Positions 38,201 through 50,200 of a DNA stretch of 64,000 nt are shown here, in pieces. The notes beneath the pieces are model-generated. The model worked only from the letters and a program-made list of their open reading frames with translations, had not been told where the DNA came from and ran no database searches. The first letter of the stretch is position 1. The number at the start of each line of letters is the position of its first letter. The position numbers were made by a program, and so were the translations under genes. Origin of the DNA: Eimeria praecox (Eukaryota); NCBI GenBank assembly GCA_963920595.1, contig OY986950.1, positions 5,084,001 to 5,148,000 on the forward strand. Direction: 5' to 3'.

Positions 38201-41200
38201 CCTGTAGATAGAATGAAAGTGCCATTAGTGGCGACGGATGCTTTAGCTGCGGTGAACACCCGAACACCCGCTACAATGCCTTTTAGAAGTACTTGGAATC
38301 CCCTAAAAAATCGTGGACGCCTTGGTGAGTCAACCGGGGTCGCGGAAGCGCAAGATAGGACTAGGATTCAGCGGGTCATTCTTTTGGCAACTGGGCAATG
38401 CGTAGGTATTCCAAACGGTGGGCAAGGAACGAAGGTAGCGGCTTATTGCGACGGGTAAAAATGCATCAGGAAGTACGCCGTCGCATGGCAGGACTGTCAT
38501 TTTGAACGTGGCTTAGTATTTGGGAAAGTGTCTTCCTCCATGGCGTGCAGGAGCGAACCCGGGAGCACGAAAAGCGTGGGGCGCGGTTCTGGCTTGATAA
38601 ACGTGCTTTGGTATGTAGCGTAGTGGATCGTAGGCGAATCGGGCATTGCTCTCTGCTGCGCAGTAACTTATATTTCAATATGATACTCCATGCAATTATG
38701 CCGAGAAATCTGGAATCTCTGAATGCATGCAGCTGCTACTTGACCGTTGCAGAAACCATTGGGGAGCGCAGACGTTTTCTAAGGAAACAGGTATTCTGCC
38801 ATGTGTATCGCCTATACCACAACTAGGGCGTAACTATTAATCCGCCTTTTCGCTAGCAGGGCTAGTTAGACTGCCGCAACTGCGCTCCCAATGAGTGAAG
38901 GCGGGTGGTGTACTGGCGCGAGACGGGACTGCTGCCCTTCTGGCTCTATGGTTCGTTGTCAGGCGATATATGCGACGAATGGGTGTACACAACTACCGCG
39001 ACATCTCTTTAGACGATTCACATTCAAAGGCACATCAGTCCACAGCCAGTAATACGGTATATTGGATTGCTACTCCTTCCACCCCTTCAAGCTTACTCAA
39101 CAAATGTCTGACGGCGAGTGCGCATATGTTTGGAAATATTACGGCCTTTTGCTCTTCCCAGGCACTTGGAACGTGCGACGCGTGTGCCGTTTTACCTGGG
39201 CACGGTTTGACTTCACGCAACGATCCGTCGCTGATAGCGGGCCATCCAACACGAGCTTCGTTTTGTGAATGGGCCGCTTTATTAGCAGTTCAAAAGCAGG
39301 GGTACTTGCTCAGCAGAAATCTTTGTGGACTGAGCCGCTTGACTGGAGGTTCAATGGGGTGGATTTTCTTGCAACGATTGCACGCCAATGCAATGCATAC
39401 GCCAGGTGGAGTTGGAGCACACCACAAACACGACAGGCCCGCAGTGAATGCACTGTTGCATCGCTCAGTTAATGTGAAGGCGAGCTTTGAGGTTTTCAGC
39501 GTGATGCGTCTGGAATGGCAAGCGTCGGATTGTTCGAGGCCAAAGCGCACAAGCACGTGTGCTCTTGAATCATGATACAGTCCACCGCTCTGCGTTGCAG
39601 CTGCGCCCGTTGAGAACTGGTATTCGCCTCCGTTTGTAGAACCAGTAGAAACCAAAGCGACGTCCACGCGAGTGTGCGGTAGTTTGCTTGGGGCGTGTTC
39701 GCGTTGCTCACCGAAACGCTGAGGATTCCAGGGCGCGTCATGGAAATTGTGCCGACTTGAGCACGACGGTGGACCTTGCAGAAAAGCATTTGCAGCACAT
39801 GCTATTTTGGGCAATGCTGCACTGGCATGGGATCCTGTGAAGCAGATTGTTGAGGCTTTGCGACTATCTGTTTCGGGCAGATCAGGCCAGTGAGAAAAAA
39901 CGCCTAGAATGCACCCTGTGTGGCGCAGCCTTGTCGCACGTTCGAGAGAGGTTTTGCATGTACGTTTAGAGGTCTGTCTGAGTGTGCAGGCTGTGACACT
40001 TGAACAGCGGCTACCAAGGCTCGATTGTTGGGAAGGCATAATGCATTTGAAACATGGTTGTGGCTTGCTTGTATGGATGCTTATTTCTGCACGCTTGTGC
40101 GTCTGCGCGTGCATGTGCATACACCCTTGTATAGATGAATCCGACAGTTCACGGAGGCCGTTATCAACAGAAAGGAAAATCTACAGGCACAATGAGAAGG
40201 TGGCAGCCTCTCTAGCATGCGGACGGTTTTGTCATATTCACTTCCAGAGCGACCAGACTCTTCACCACGAACTGGGCTTCCTGCAGGAATGCCAAGGCTC
40301 TCAGTGTGCAAATTGCTGCTTGCGTTGGGCGCAGAGAGTACGTTGGGTCGACGTGTATGCAGCACCGCTGGTCGTGACAAAGCATTGTGCTCTCTTTTGA
40401 AGATTTAACAATTCTTAATCGCATCGACCACCGCATATGCTTCGATCTAACTGCTCCGCTAGTACTGGAAAGAAGCAAATTGCGTGGTTGCGCAAAAACC
40501 AGCCTAGACCAATGCGCATAAACAACCACCACGAGATGTCTTTAGACGATTCACATTCAAAGGCAGATCAGTCCACAGCCAGTTATACGGTATATTGGAT
40601 TGCTACTCCTTCCACCCCTTCAAGCTTACTCAACAAATGTCTGACGGCGAGTGCGCATATGCGTCATGTGCATGCGACGATAAATAGGAGGCCAAGAGGA
40701 TCCGCTGCGGGGGAAGCCTTGCTGTTCATCTAACGTTTGTGGGACGCCAAACCATGGGGCGAACGGTTTGCGCTCAACAGTCGGCTACACAATCGCAACA
40801 AAATGTGTAACGTTTAACGCACTGCTTCAGAGGCACGTGAAAGGCTGCGGTGAGAAAGGTTGCAGCCGTTAGTAGAGGGTGCCTTTGGCTTGAAGGGCTT
40901 ATGCAATGTGCAGCAGACACACCTTGTTAGCTGTCTGCAAGGGAGACAGAGTCTAGGCGTCTTATGAGGCAGATGCTGTGGCAGTGCCAACACTTACTGT
41001 ACGCGTACAAGACGAGAGCTGGCGCACCCTCCCTCGGTGCCGCTACCAGCCAGCTTTAATATTGCTCAGGCTCTGCTGCACTGATGTTTCGTACGTTTTT
41101 GTGCATTGTAGGACTGTCAATTTGTTGATTGCAGCAGCTGTGGTTTCTCTAAAAATTGCAGGAGCTTGGGGTGACGCAGAAGCTTGCATGTGCTTGCCCC

Positions 41201-44200
41201 AGGACGACGCGATGAAAAGCCACCCGGTTCAAAGCCTGTCGCTGGGCGCCCCTAAGTCGTTTATGTTACAGTGCCTCCGTTCGTGCCAGCATAGAGTTTT
41301 GAATAGCGGTATGCACAGCACGCACACCTGATAAGGTAGCATTCAATGCGCCAAACTTCATGCTGGAGGCATGTTAAGCCTGAAGAGCAAGCACTTCGAG
41401 TTGCTGGGGAGAGAAAGCCTCATTTTGGCAAGTAGGATGCCAAACCAACTGACATGGAGTTCAGGCAATACACCCTGCGGGCGTTTGTTTAGCAGCGTGT
41501 ACGATGCCTCCCCTTTTATGCAGCATCAAAGACATTTAGGGGGCACCGTAAGCATTGTGGACGTGCGAGCATTCGGGCAGGCGCGAGCTGGCGCTGCTCA
41601 GATATCTCCGGCCTGGTGGGCGGCATGCCAAGCAAGCTGTGCACTCTAGGCGTGCCCATCTCTAAGCGCCCAATCGAAACACTGTATGCGCAGCTAAGTT
41701 TGTCCTGAGTTACGCTACCCCAACAGCGCTTCATTATGGCAGCATTCTCCAAAGCAAGTACGGGCCTATATCATGCCTGGGCGAGTTGAACTGGCCAGTC
41801 AGTTTACGCCGGTACTACACCAAGGTCCGCATTGAATATGCATAACTGTCTGTTCAACCACTGGAAAGACCAGTTGCGCCTACCGTAAACGCTTTTGGTT
41901 TGGGAGTATGATTTGCCTGGATTGGCAAGCGTCGGATTCTCCGAGTCCAGAGTGTACGCGCACATGCGCCTTTGTTGCATGAGGTGGTCCTCCATTGCCG
42001 AATACCCTGCGTTGCAGTTGCAGTCATCGAGGCTTGGGTGTTCGCCCCTGTGTGTAGGACCAGCGAAAACCGCAAAGACGTGCACGCCGTTGTGCGCTGA
42101 TCTGCTTGTGGGCGCGTTTGCGTCGCTCAACGTTTGGCTGTGGATTCCAGGGCTCGCGATGGGAATTGTGCTGACTTGAGCACGGCAGTAGATCTCACAG
42201 GGTAGCAGATTGAGCGCGTGCTATTCTAAATGAAGTTGCAGTGGAATTTGTAAGCCGTGTGCGCTACTGATAAGCGAGTGAGTGTCAGTATGCTGGCATC
42301 TGTGCATCACCAGGGCAGGTGCAGTGACGTGCACCCAACAGTAATTGCCATGCAGGTACCTTTTTCTTCGGCACACGCACTATTACCAGAGCTTCGCTAA
42401 AACCATGCACGTCTATCGGAAGCTGGAAGTCTGCACAGTAGGCTCGAGCTTCGTACCACTGTCCCTCGACAGAACACAGGATGGTCTAAACGCCGATTTA
42501 TTGGAAGGCCGTGATTGGGCAGTCACATGCTGACTTGCTGCAATTGCAGTGGTTCTAAAGCTTCTTAGAAAGGAGTGGAATGGGTTCCAGATGGTTCGCA
42601 TATGCTTGCAGGCGCTTTGGAAGCTTTGCAGTGGACATAGGACTAAATCTGCAGGATAGTGGAAGCCTTGAATACGTGCTTCGAGGATAGCATAGCTGCC
42701 GTTAGATGCCTCGTTTTGGCTTGTATGGATCGTAGAGTTGGGCTGTGGAATTGGCGATCGACACGATGAGTTGTCCTCAACCATTGTAGTTTTCAATGCT
42801 ACATTAGGCTGTGCATGAATCTCTAGAGATACCTAAGACGGAATTTAGTCCTGCAGAATGGACCACAGCAGGAAGCGCGCACTGCCGTTTCGATTGCTGG
42901 ACACGGTCAGCACGTTTAGAGGACACCAGGTGCTGCGTGGTGGATACGGTTCCAGCAGGGTAGTGGATTGCCTGCAAGGACGGCTGGCAGTATGGAAGCA
43001 CATGACCAACTTCAAACAGCGCCCGGCTTCCCTGAGAGTAGCGTTGGTCCTCTAGCAGTGCCAAAACGTCCCGCCCGTAAAGGAATTCAATGTGTAGATA
43101 GATGTGACCAATTTCTCGGTGCATGCTTGGCCGTTTCGGAGCTCCGTGTTCTGTAGCACCACTGCTTGGAAGTATTACGGCCTTTTGCTTTTCCCAGGCA
43201 CTTGGAACGTGCGACGCGTGTGCCGTTTTACCTGGGCACGGTTTGACTTCACGCAACGACCCGTCGCTGATAGCGGGCCATCCAACACGAGCTTCGTTTT
43301 GTGAATGGGCCGCTTTATTAGCAGTTCAAAAGCAGGGGTACTTGCTCAGCAGAAATCTTTGTGGACTGAGCCGCTTGACTGGAGGTTCAATGGGGTGGAT
43401 TTTCTTGCAACGATTGCACGCCAATGCAATGCATACGCCAGGTGGAGTTGGAGCACACCACAAACACGACAGGCCCGCAGTGAATGCACTGTTGCATCGC
43501 TCAGTTAATGTGAAGGCGAGCTTTGAGGTTTTCAGCGTGATGCGTCTGGAATGGCAAGCGTCGGATTGTTCGAGGCCAAAGCGCACAAGCACGTGTGCTC
43601 TTGAATCATGATACAGTCCACCGCTCTGCGTTGCAGCTGCGCCCGTTGAGAACTGGTATTCGCCTCCGTTTGTAGAACCAGTAGAAACCAAAGCGACGTC
43701 CACGCGAGTGTGCGGTAGTTTGCTTGGGGCGTGTTCGCGTTGCTCACCGAAACGCTGAGGATTCCAGGGCGCGTCATGGAAATTGTGCCGACTTGAGCAC
43801 GACGGTGGACCTTGCAGAAAAGCATTTGCAGCACATGCTATTTTGGGCAATGCTGCACTGGCATGGGATCCTGTGAAGCAGATTGTTGAGGCTTTGCGAC
43901 TATCTGTTTCGGGCAGATCAGGCCAGTGAGAAAAAACGCCTAGAATGCACCCTGTGTGGCGCAGCCTTGTCGCACGTTCGAGAGAGGTTTTGCATGTACG
44001 TTTAGAGGTCTGTCTGAGTGTGCAGGCTGTGACACTTGAACAGCGGCTACCAAGGCTCGATTGTTGGGAAGGCATAATGCATTTGAAACATGGTTGTGGC
44101 TTGCTTGTATGGATGCTTATTTCTGCACGCTTGTGCGTCTGCGCGTGCATGTGCATACACCCTTGTATAGATGAATCCGACAGTTCACGGAGGCCGTTAT

Positions 44201-47200
44201 CAACAGAAAGGAAAATCTACAGGCACAATGAGAAGGTGGCAGCCTCTCTAGCATGCGGACGGTTTTGTCATATTCACTTCCAGAGCGACCAGACTCTTCA
44301 CCACGAACTGGGCTTCCTGCAGGAATGCCAAGGCTCTCAGTGTGCAAATTGCTGCTTGCGTTGGGCGCAGAGAGTACGTTGGGTCGACGTGTATGCAGCA
44401 CCGCTGGTCGTGACAAAGCATTGTGCTCTCTTTTGAAGATTTAACAATTCTTAATCGCATCGACCACCGCATATGCTTCGATCTAACTGCTCCGCTAGTA
44501 CTGGAAAGAAGCAAATTGCGTGGTTGCGCAAAAACCAGCCTAGACCAATGCGCATAAACAACCACCACGAGATGTCTTTAGACGATTCACATTCAAAGGC
44601 AGATCAGTCCACAGCCAGTTATACGGTATATTGGATTGCTACTCCTTCCACCCCTTCAAGCTTACTCAACAAATGTCTGACGGCGAGTGCGCATATGCGT
44701 CATGTGCATGCGACGATAAATAGGAGGCCAAGAGGATCCGCTGCGGGGGAAGCCTTGCTGTTCATCTAACGTTTGTGGGACGCCAAACCATGGGGCGAAC
44801 GGTTTGCGCTCAACAGTCGGCTACACAATCGCAACAAAATGTGTAACGTTTAACGCACTGCTTCAGAGGCACGTGAAAGGCTGCGGTGAGAAAGGTTGCA
44901 GCCGTTAGTAGAGGGTGCCTTTGGCTTGAAGGGCTTATGCAATGTGCAGCAGACACACCTTGTTAGCTGTCTGCAAGGGAGACAGAGTCTAGCCGTCTTA
45001 TGAGGCAGATGCTGTGGCAGTGCCAACACTTACTGTACGCGTACAAGACGAGAGCTGGCGCACCCTCCCTCGGTGCCGCTACCAGCCAGCTTTAATATTG
45101 CTCAGGCTCTGCTGCACTGATGTTTCGTACGTTTTTGTGCATTGTAGGACTGTCAATTTGTTGATTGCAGCAGCTGTGGTTTCTCTAAAAATTGCAGGAG
45201 CTTGGGGTGACGCAGAAGCTTGCATGTGCTTGCCCCAGGACGACGCGATGAAAAGCCACCCGGTTCAAAGCCTGTCGCTGGGCGCCCCTAAGTCGTTTAT
45301 GTTACAGTGCCTCCGTTCGTGCCAGCATAGAGTTTTGAATAGCGGTATGCACAGCACGCACACCTGATAAGGTAGCATTCAATGCGCCAAACTTCATGCT
45401 GGAGGCATGTTAAGCCTGAAGAGCAAGCACTTCGAGTTGCTGGGGAGAGAAAGCCTCATTTTGGCAAGTAGGATGCCAAACCAACTGACATGGAGTTCAG
45501 GCAATACACCCTGCGGGCGTTTGTTTAGCAGCGTGTACGATGCCTCCCCTTTTATGCAGCATCAAAGACATTTAGGGGGCACCGTAAGCATTGTGGACGT
45601 GCGAGCATTCGGGCAGGCGCGAGCTGGCGCTGCTCAGATATCTCCGGCCTGGTGGGCGGCATGCCAAGCAAGCTGTGCACTCTAGGCGTGCCCATCTCTA
45701 AGCGCCCAATCGAAACACTGTATGCGCAGCTAAGTTTGTCCTGAGTTACGCTACCCCAACAGCGCTTCATTATGGCAGCATTTTCAATAGCCTGTGCGTG
45801 CCTTTATCAAGGCTGGGCGGGTTGAACTGGCCAGTCAGTTTACGCCGGTACTACACCAAGGTCCGCATTGAATATGCATAACTGTCTGTTCAACCACTGG
45901 AAAGACCAGTTGCGCCTACCGTAAACGCTTTTGGTTTTGGAGTATGATTTGCCTGGATTGGCAAGCGTCGGATTCTCCGAGTCCAGAGTGTACGCGCACA
46001 TGCGCCTTTGCTGCATGAGGTGGTCCTCCATTGCCGAATACCCTGCGTTGCAGTTGCAGTCATCGAGGCTTGGGTGTTCGCCCCTGTGTGTAGGACCAGC
46101 GAAAACCGCAAAGACGTGCACGCCGTTGTGCACTAGTCTGCTTGTGGGCGCGTTTGCGTCGCTCAACGTTTGGCTGTGGATTCCAGGGCTCGCGATGGGA
46201 ATTGTGCTGACTTGCGCACGGCAGTAGGCCTCGCAGAAAGGCATCTGCAACACAGCTATATTTTAGCTTCACTTGCGTTCACATAGGTTCCCTTGTTTGG
46301 AGTGTTGAAGGCGAGTAGTTGTTAGTGTTATACGTGCACGTAGAGCGTTATGGGGAGCAAATGGTGTCCAAGTCAGCCCTGTTGCATCTGCGCTTCTCTC
46401 CTTCGAAAGCCCGAGAAGCACGATGTGTGCATGCACGGTGTGCAGGCGTGTAGAAGGCTTTCTTTCTTCAATGAAGACTTTGCTTGGACGGCTCTGGCGC
46501 ACGACGGGGAGCCACGTGAAACGCGTAGTTGTGAACAACAGAGGAATTCTGTTGGCCTAACCGTTCGGCTCATGAGAGAGCACGAAGTTTGTGGGTAGTT
46601 TTACTGCACGGGGAAGCTGTAGTGGCAGTCCGTTCCCTTGTGCTCGAAGTCGTTTTGCATTATTTAGACAAGTAAGCAGGCAGGAAGCGCAACCGACCTA
46701 CTGATGTTCTGTACTATGTAGAAAAGGCAAACCTGAAGGCCGCCACAGTACGTGTGGTCGCTGACCATCGTTCAGGCTAAGACGTTGAGACAGGCGGCGC
46801 ATGGCATGCTTGTGTTCGAGACAGTCAGAGATGGGAATACAGAATTGCAGCACGACTTGCTAGGGACATCATTTCATAGTGGTAGAGAAGTAGCTGACGT
46901 GTCTACTAGTTCGTGAGCGCAGATGGAAAGCCTCTGCCTTGACTGAAACACATGCATTACAGTTGCAGCGCATAGCCAGGCAGGTCTCTACCTGTCATGC
47001 TTCTCAGCAGCGCTGAGCGCTGCTGAGAAGCATGACAGGCCTACCATGAGGTTGCACAGGCAGCGTAAGGGTGGTGTAGGTGTTGTGAGAAGATTGGACC
47101 CTGAGGGCGGCGCTCGCAAGCGCGTAGAGACGTGGACGTCGGCGCATTTGTTTTGGGGTACCGCAGCTGTGGTTAGCAAATTCTTTCTCCTTTGTGAGCG

Positions 47201-50200
47201 TGAGCGCAAACATTATCAAGGCAAGGATTCCATGTTTGCAAGGCACCAGAAGATCACCGGCTTCCGTACAGGAGGCTGTGCCAAACGTAATGCTTGCTTT
47301 GAAGGAGGGGATGGCTGAATATGAGGGTGGGTTGGGGGCCGTTCCATCATGAACCAGAATGCTGAGTTTTTGCGACTATCTGTTTCGGGCATATCAGATC
47401 AGGGCCAAACGGCTTCCTAGACTGCGCGTTGTGTGATGCAGTGTCTTGTCAAGTTGGAATGAGGTTATGCCTATATTTTTAGAGGTAGGTCTGAGTGTGC
47501 ATGCCTTGACACTTGAGCAGCGACTATGACGGCTCGTTTGTTTGGCTGGCAAGATGCATTCGAAGTGCCACGGTGAGTTGTTTGTTCGGTTGTATGCGGC
47601 GTTTGTCATTGGGTCTGCGTGGGTGTGTGCATGCATCCGTGTTTAGCTTAATCACATAGTTTAGGCACCTACCTACTACTGGCGAAAGGCACAGCGTGAG
47701 GATAAGGGCCTCTTTAGCATGTGGTCGGGCTTGCCGCATTGACGACCAGGGCAGCCTTTATCGTCCCTACGAAATTGGCTGCTTGCAAGGATGTGAAGAC
47801 TCCTGCTTGGCGTGTCCTTGCGTGAGGGCGGCACAGGGTGTACGATGGCTAGAGGCGTCTGCATCATCATTGGTCTATGGAAAGCACAACGTTCTGCTGT
47901 AGAACATTTCAGACTTAGCAGTCGTGCTGTGAACGTCATGCGCTGCGTGTTAGAAGCCATGCTTTGCTAGCAAAAGCGAGACCACAATGCTGCGTGGTTA
48001 GGTTGGAAAAGCGCATAGATGACAAAGCCGAAACAGCCAACCAGCATCAAATATTGTTATCTCTTGGCGATCCATGACCAGCGAGATGCAGGTCTAGAGC
48101 AAGCAGCATCGTGCATGGCCTTGCTACTACTCTGAGGTGATACATCGACTACGTTCCAGCGAGTGCGCTGATATGTGTTGCGTCTTTTGTGTGTCCAGCA
48201 TAAGGATGTCTAGGGGCTTAGTCGCCGGAAACGCGATGTTGTTTGTAGCGCTTTTGAGAGAACCGAACCCCGGATGCCTATAACGTACGCTGAGTGTTGC
48301 TCGCCACCACAGCAGTAAAAGGACTGGCGTTACAAGACGCCATGCTTCAGGCACACGTGAAAGTGCTGAATGAAGGAGGTTGAAGCTGGTGGTTGAGGGC
48401 GCCTGTACCTGGGAGGGCATGCGCAGACGCGTGTCAAACGCACGGCTCTGGCAGCCTCCATCGAAGCTGGAGTCCTCGAGGCGTGTGCGGTTGTTAACAT
48501 GGCAGTGGCAAAAGTATATCCTACAGTGGATGGCCGGTAGTAGAGCTGTTTTGCCTGGGTCTCGCTACGGGCGATGCTCGATATGGCCTTTTGTACCAGT
48601 TGAACGGATGCTTGGTAGGTTATTAATTGGTTGTAAGCAGGACGCCATCCTGGTGTTGCAGGTGCAGTTTGTCTACCTACGCTGCTGCATAAGCGTGATA
48701 TGAGGTGCACGTGTTATTGCCCGTTTCACCCAAGGTTAGAAGAGAAACCCAGGAGGGTAAAGGGCTGTTGCTAAGCGCCCTTAGCGGGGGTAAGCTGGAG
48801 AGCCTAGGTTCCTCTTTGCATAGAGATTTGCTTATCTGAAGGCGAAAGCGAAACGGGGCCAGATAGTAGAATGGCCTTCTAGCCGGCCTATTGCATGCTG
48901 GAGATGCGCGTGGCGCGCATGGCGAATAGTTAGTGTTGCTGGAGAGAGACGGCCTCTTTTTGGCAAGTAGGATGCCGAACCAACTGATATGGAGTTCAGG
49001 CAATACACCCTGCGGGCGTTTGGTTGGCAGAGTGTACGGTGCCTCGCCTTATACGCAGCATCACAGGCATTTAGGGGGCACCGTAAGCAGTTTGGAGGTG
49101 CAGGCATTCAGGCAGGCGCGAGCTGGCGCTGCTCAGATATCTCCGGCCTGGTGGGCGGCATGCCAAGCAAGCTGTGCACTCTAGGCGTGCCCATCTCTAA
49201 GCGCCCAATCGAAACACTGTATGCGCAGCTAAGTTTGTCCTGAGTTACGCTACCCCAACAGCGCTTCATTATGGCAGCATTCTCCAAAGCAAGTACGGGT
49301 CTATATCATGCCTGGGCGGGTTGAACTGGCCAGTCAGTTTACACCGGTACTACACCAAGGTCCGCATTGAATATGCATAACTGTCTGTTCAACCACTGGA
49401 AAGACCAGTTGCGCCTACCGTAAACGCTTTTGGTTTTGGAGTATGATTTGCCTGGATTGGCAAGCGTCGGATGCTCCGAGTCCAGAGTGTACGCGCACAT
49501 GCGCCTTTGTTGCATGAGGTGGTCCTCCATTGCCGAATACCCTGCGTTGCAGTTGCAGTCATCGAGGCTTGGGTGTTCGCCCCTGTGTGTAGGACCAGCG
49601 AAAACCGCAAAGACGTGCACGCCGTTGTGCACTAGTCTGCTTGTGGGCGCGTTTGCGTCGCTCAACGTTTGGCTGTGGATTCCAGGGCTCGCGATGGGAA
49701 TTGTGCTGACTTGCGCACGGCAGTAGGCCTCGCAGAAAGGCATCTGCAACACAGCTATATTTTAGCTTCACTTGCGTTCACATAGGTTCCCTTGTTTGGA
49801 GTGTTGAAGGCGAGTAGTTGTTAGTGTTATGCGTGCACGTAGAGCGTTATGGGGAGCAAATGGTGTCCAAGTCAGCCCTGTTGCATCTGCGCTTCTCTCC
49901 TTCGAAAGCCCGAGAAGCACGATGTGTGCATGCACGGTGTGCAGGCGTGTAGAAGGCTTTCTTTCTTCAATGAAGACTTTGCTTGGACGGCTCTGGCGCA
50001 CGACGGGGAGCCACGTGAAACGCGTAGTTGTGAACAACAGAGGAATTCTGTTGGCCTAACCGTTCGGCTCATGAGAGAGCACGAAGTTTGTGGGGAGTTT
50101 TACTGCACGGGGAAGCTGTTGTGGCAGTCCGTTCCCTTGTGCTCGAAGTCGTTTTGCATTATTTAGACAAGTAAGCAGGCAGGAAGCGCAACCGACCTAC

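Noticed and set aside
19348..38472. Recurrent CAGGCAGTA/CAGGAAGTACG words read as a CRISPR array or short dispersed repeat
   Set aside because: The conserved part is only AG plus GTRNG with a variable codon between them. Spacing is 100-600 bp, there are no 25-45 bp repeats and no cas genes, and the context is eukaryotic.
39290..40120. Longest ORF (276 aa, - strand; duplicate at 43326-44156) and overlapping + strand ORFs 38895-39575 and 39909-40400
   Set aside because: Cys/Ser/Thr/Arg-rich composition typical of non-coding DNA, no recognisable domain, and the frame is not kept in diverged units of the array.
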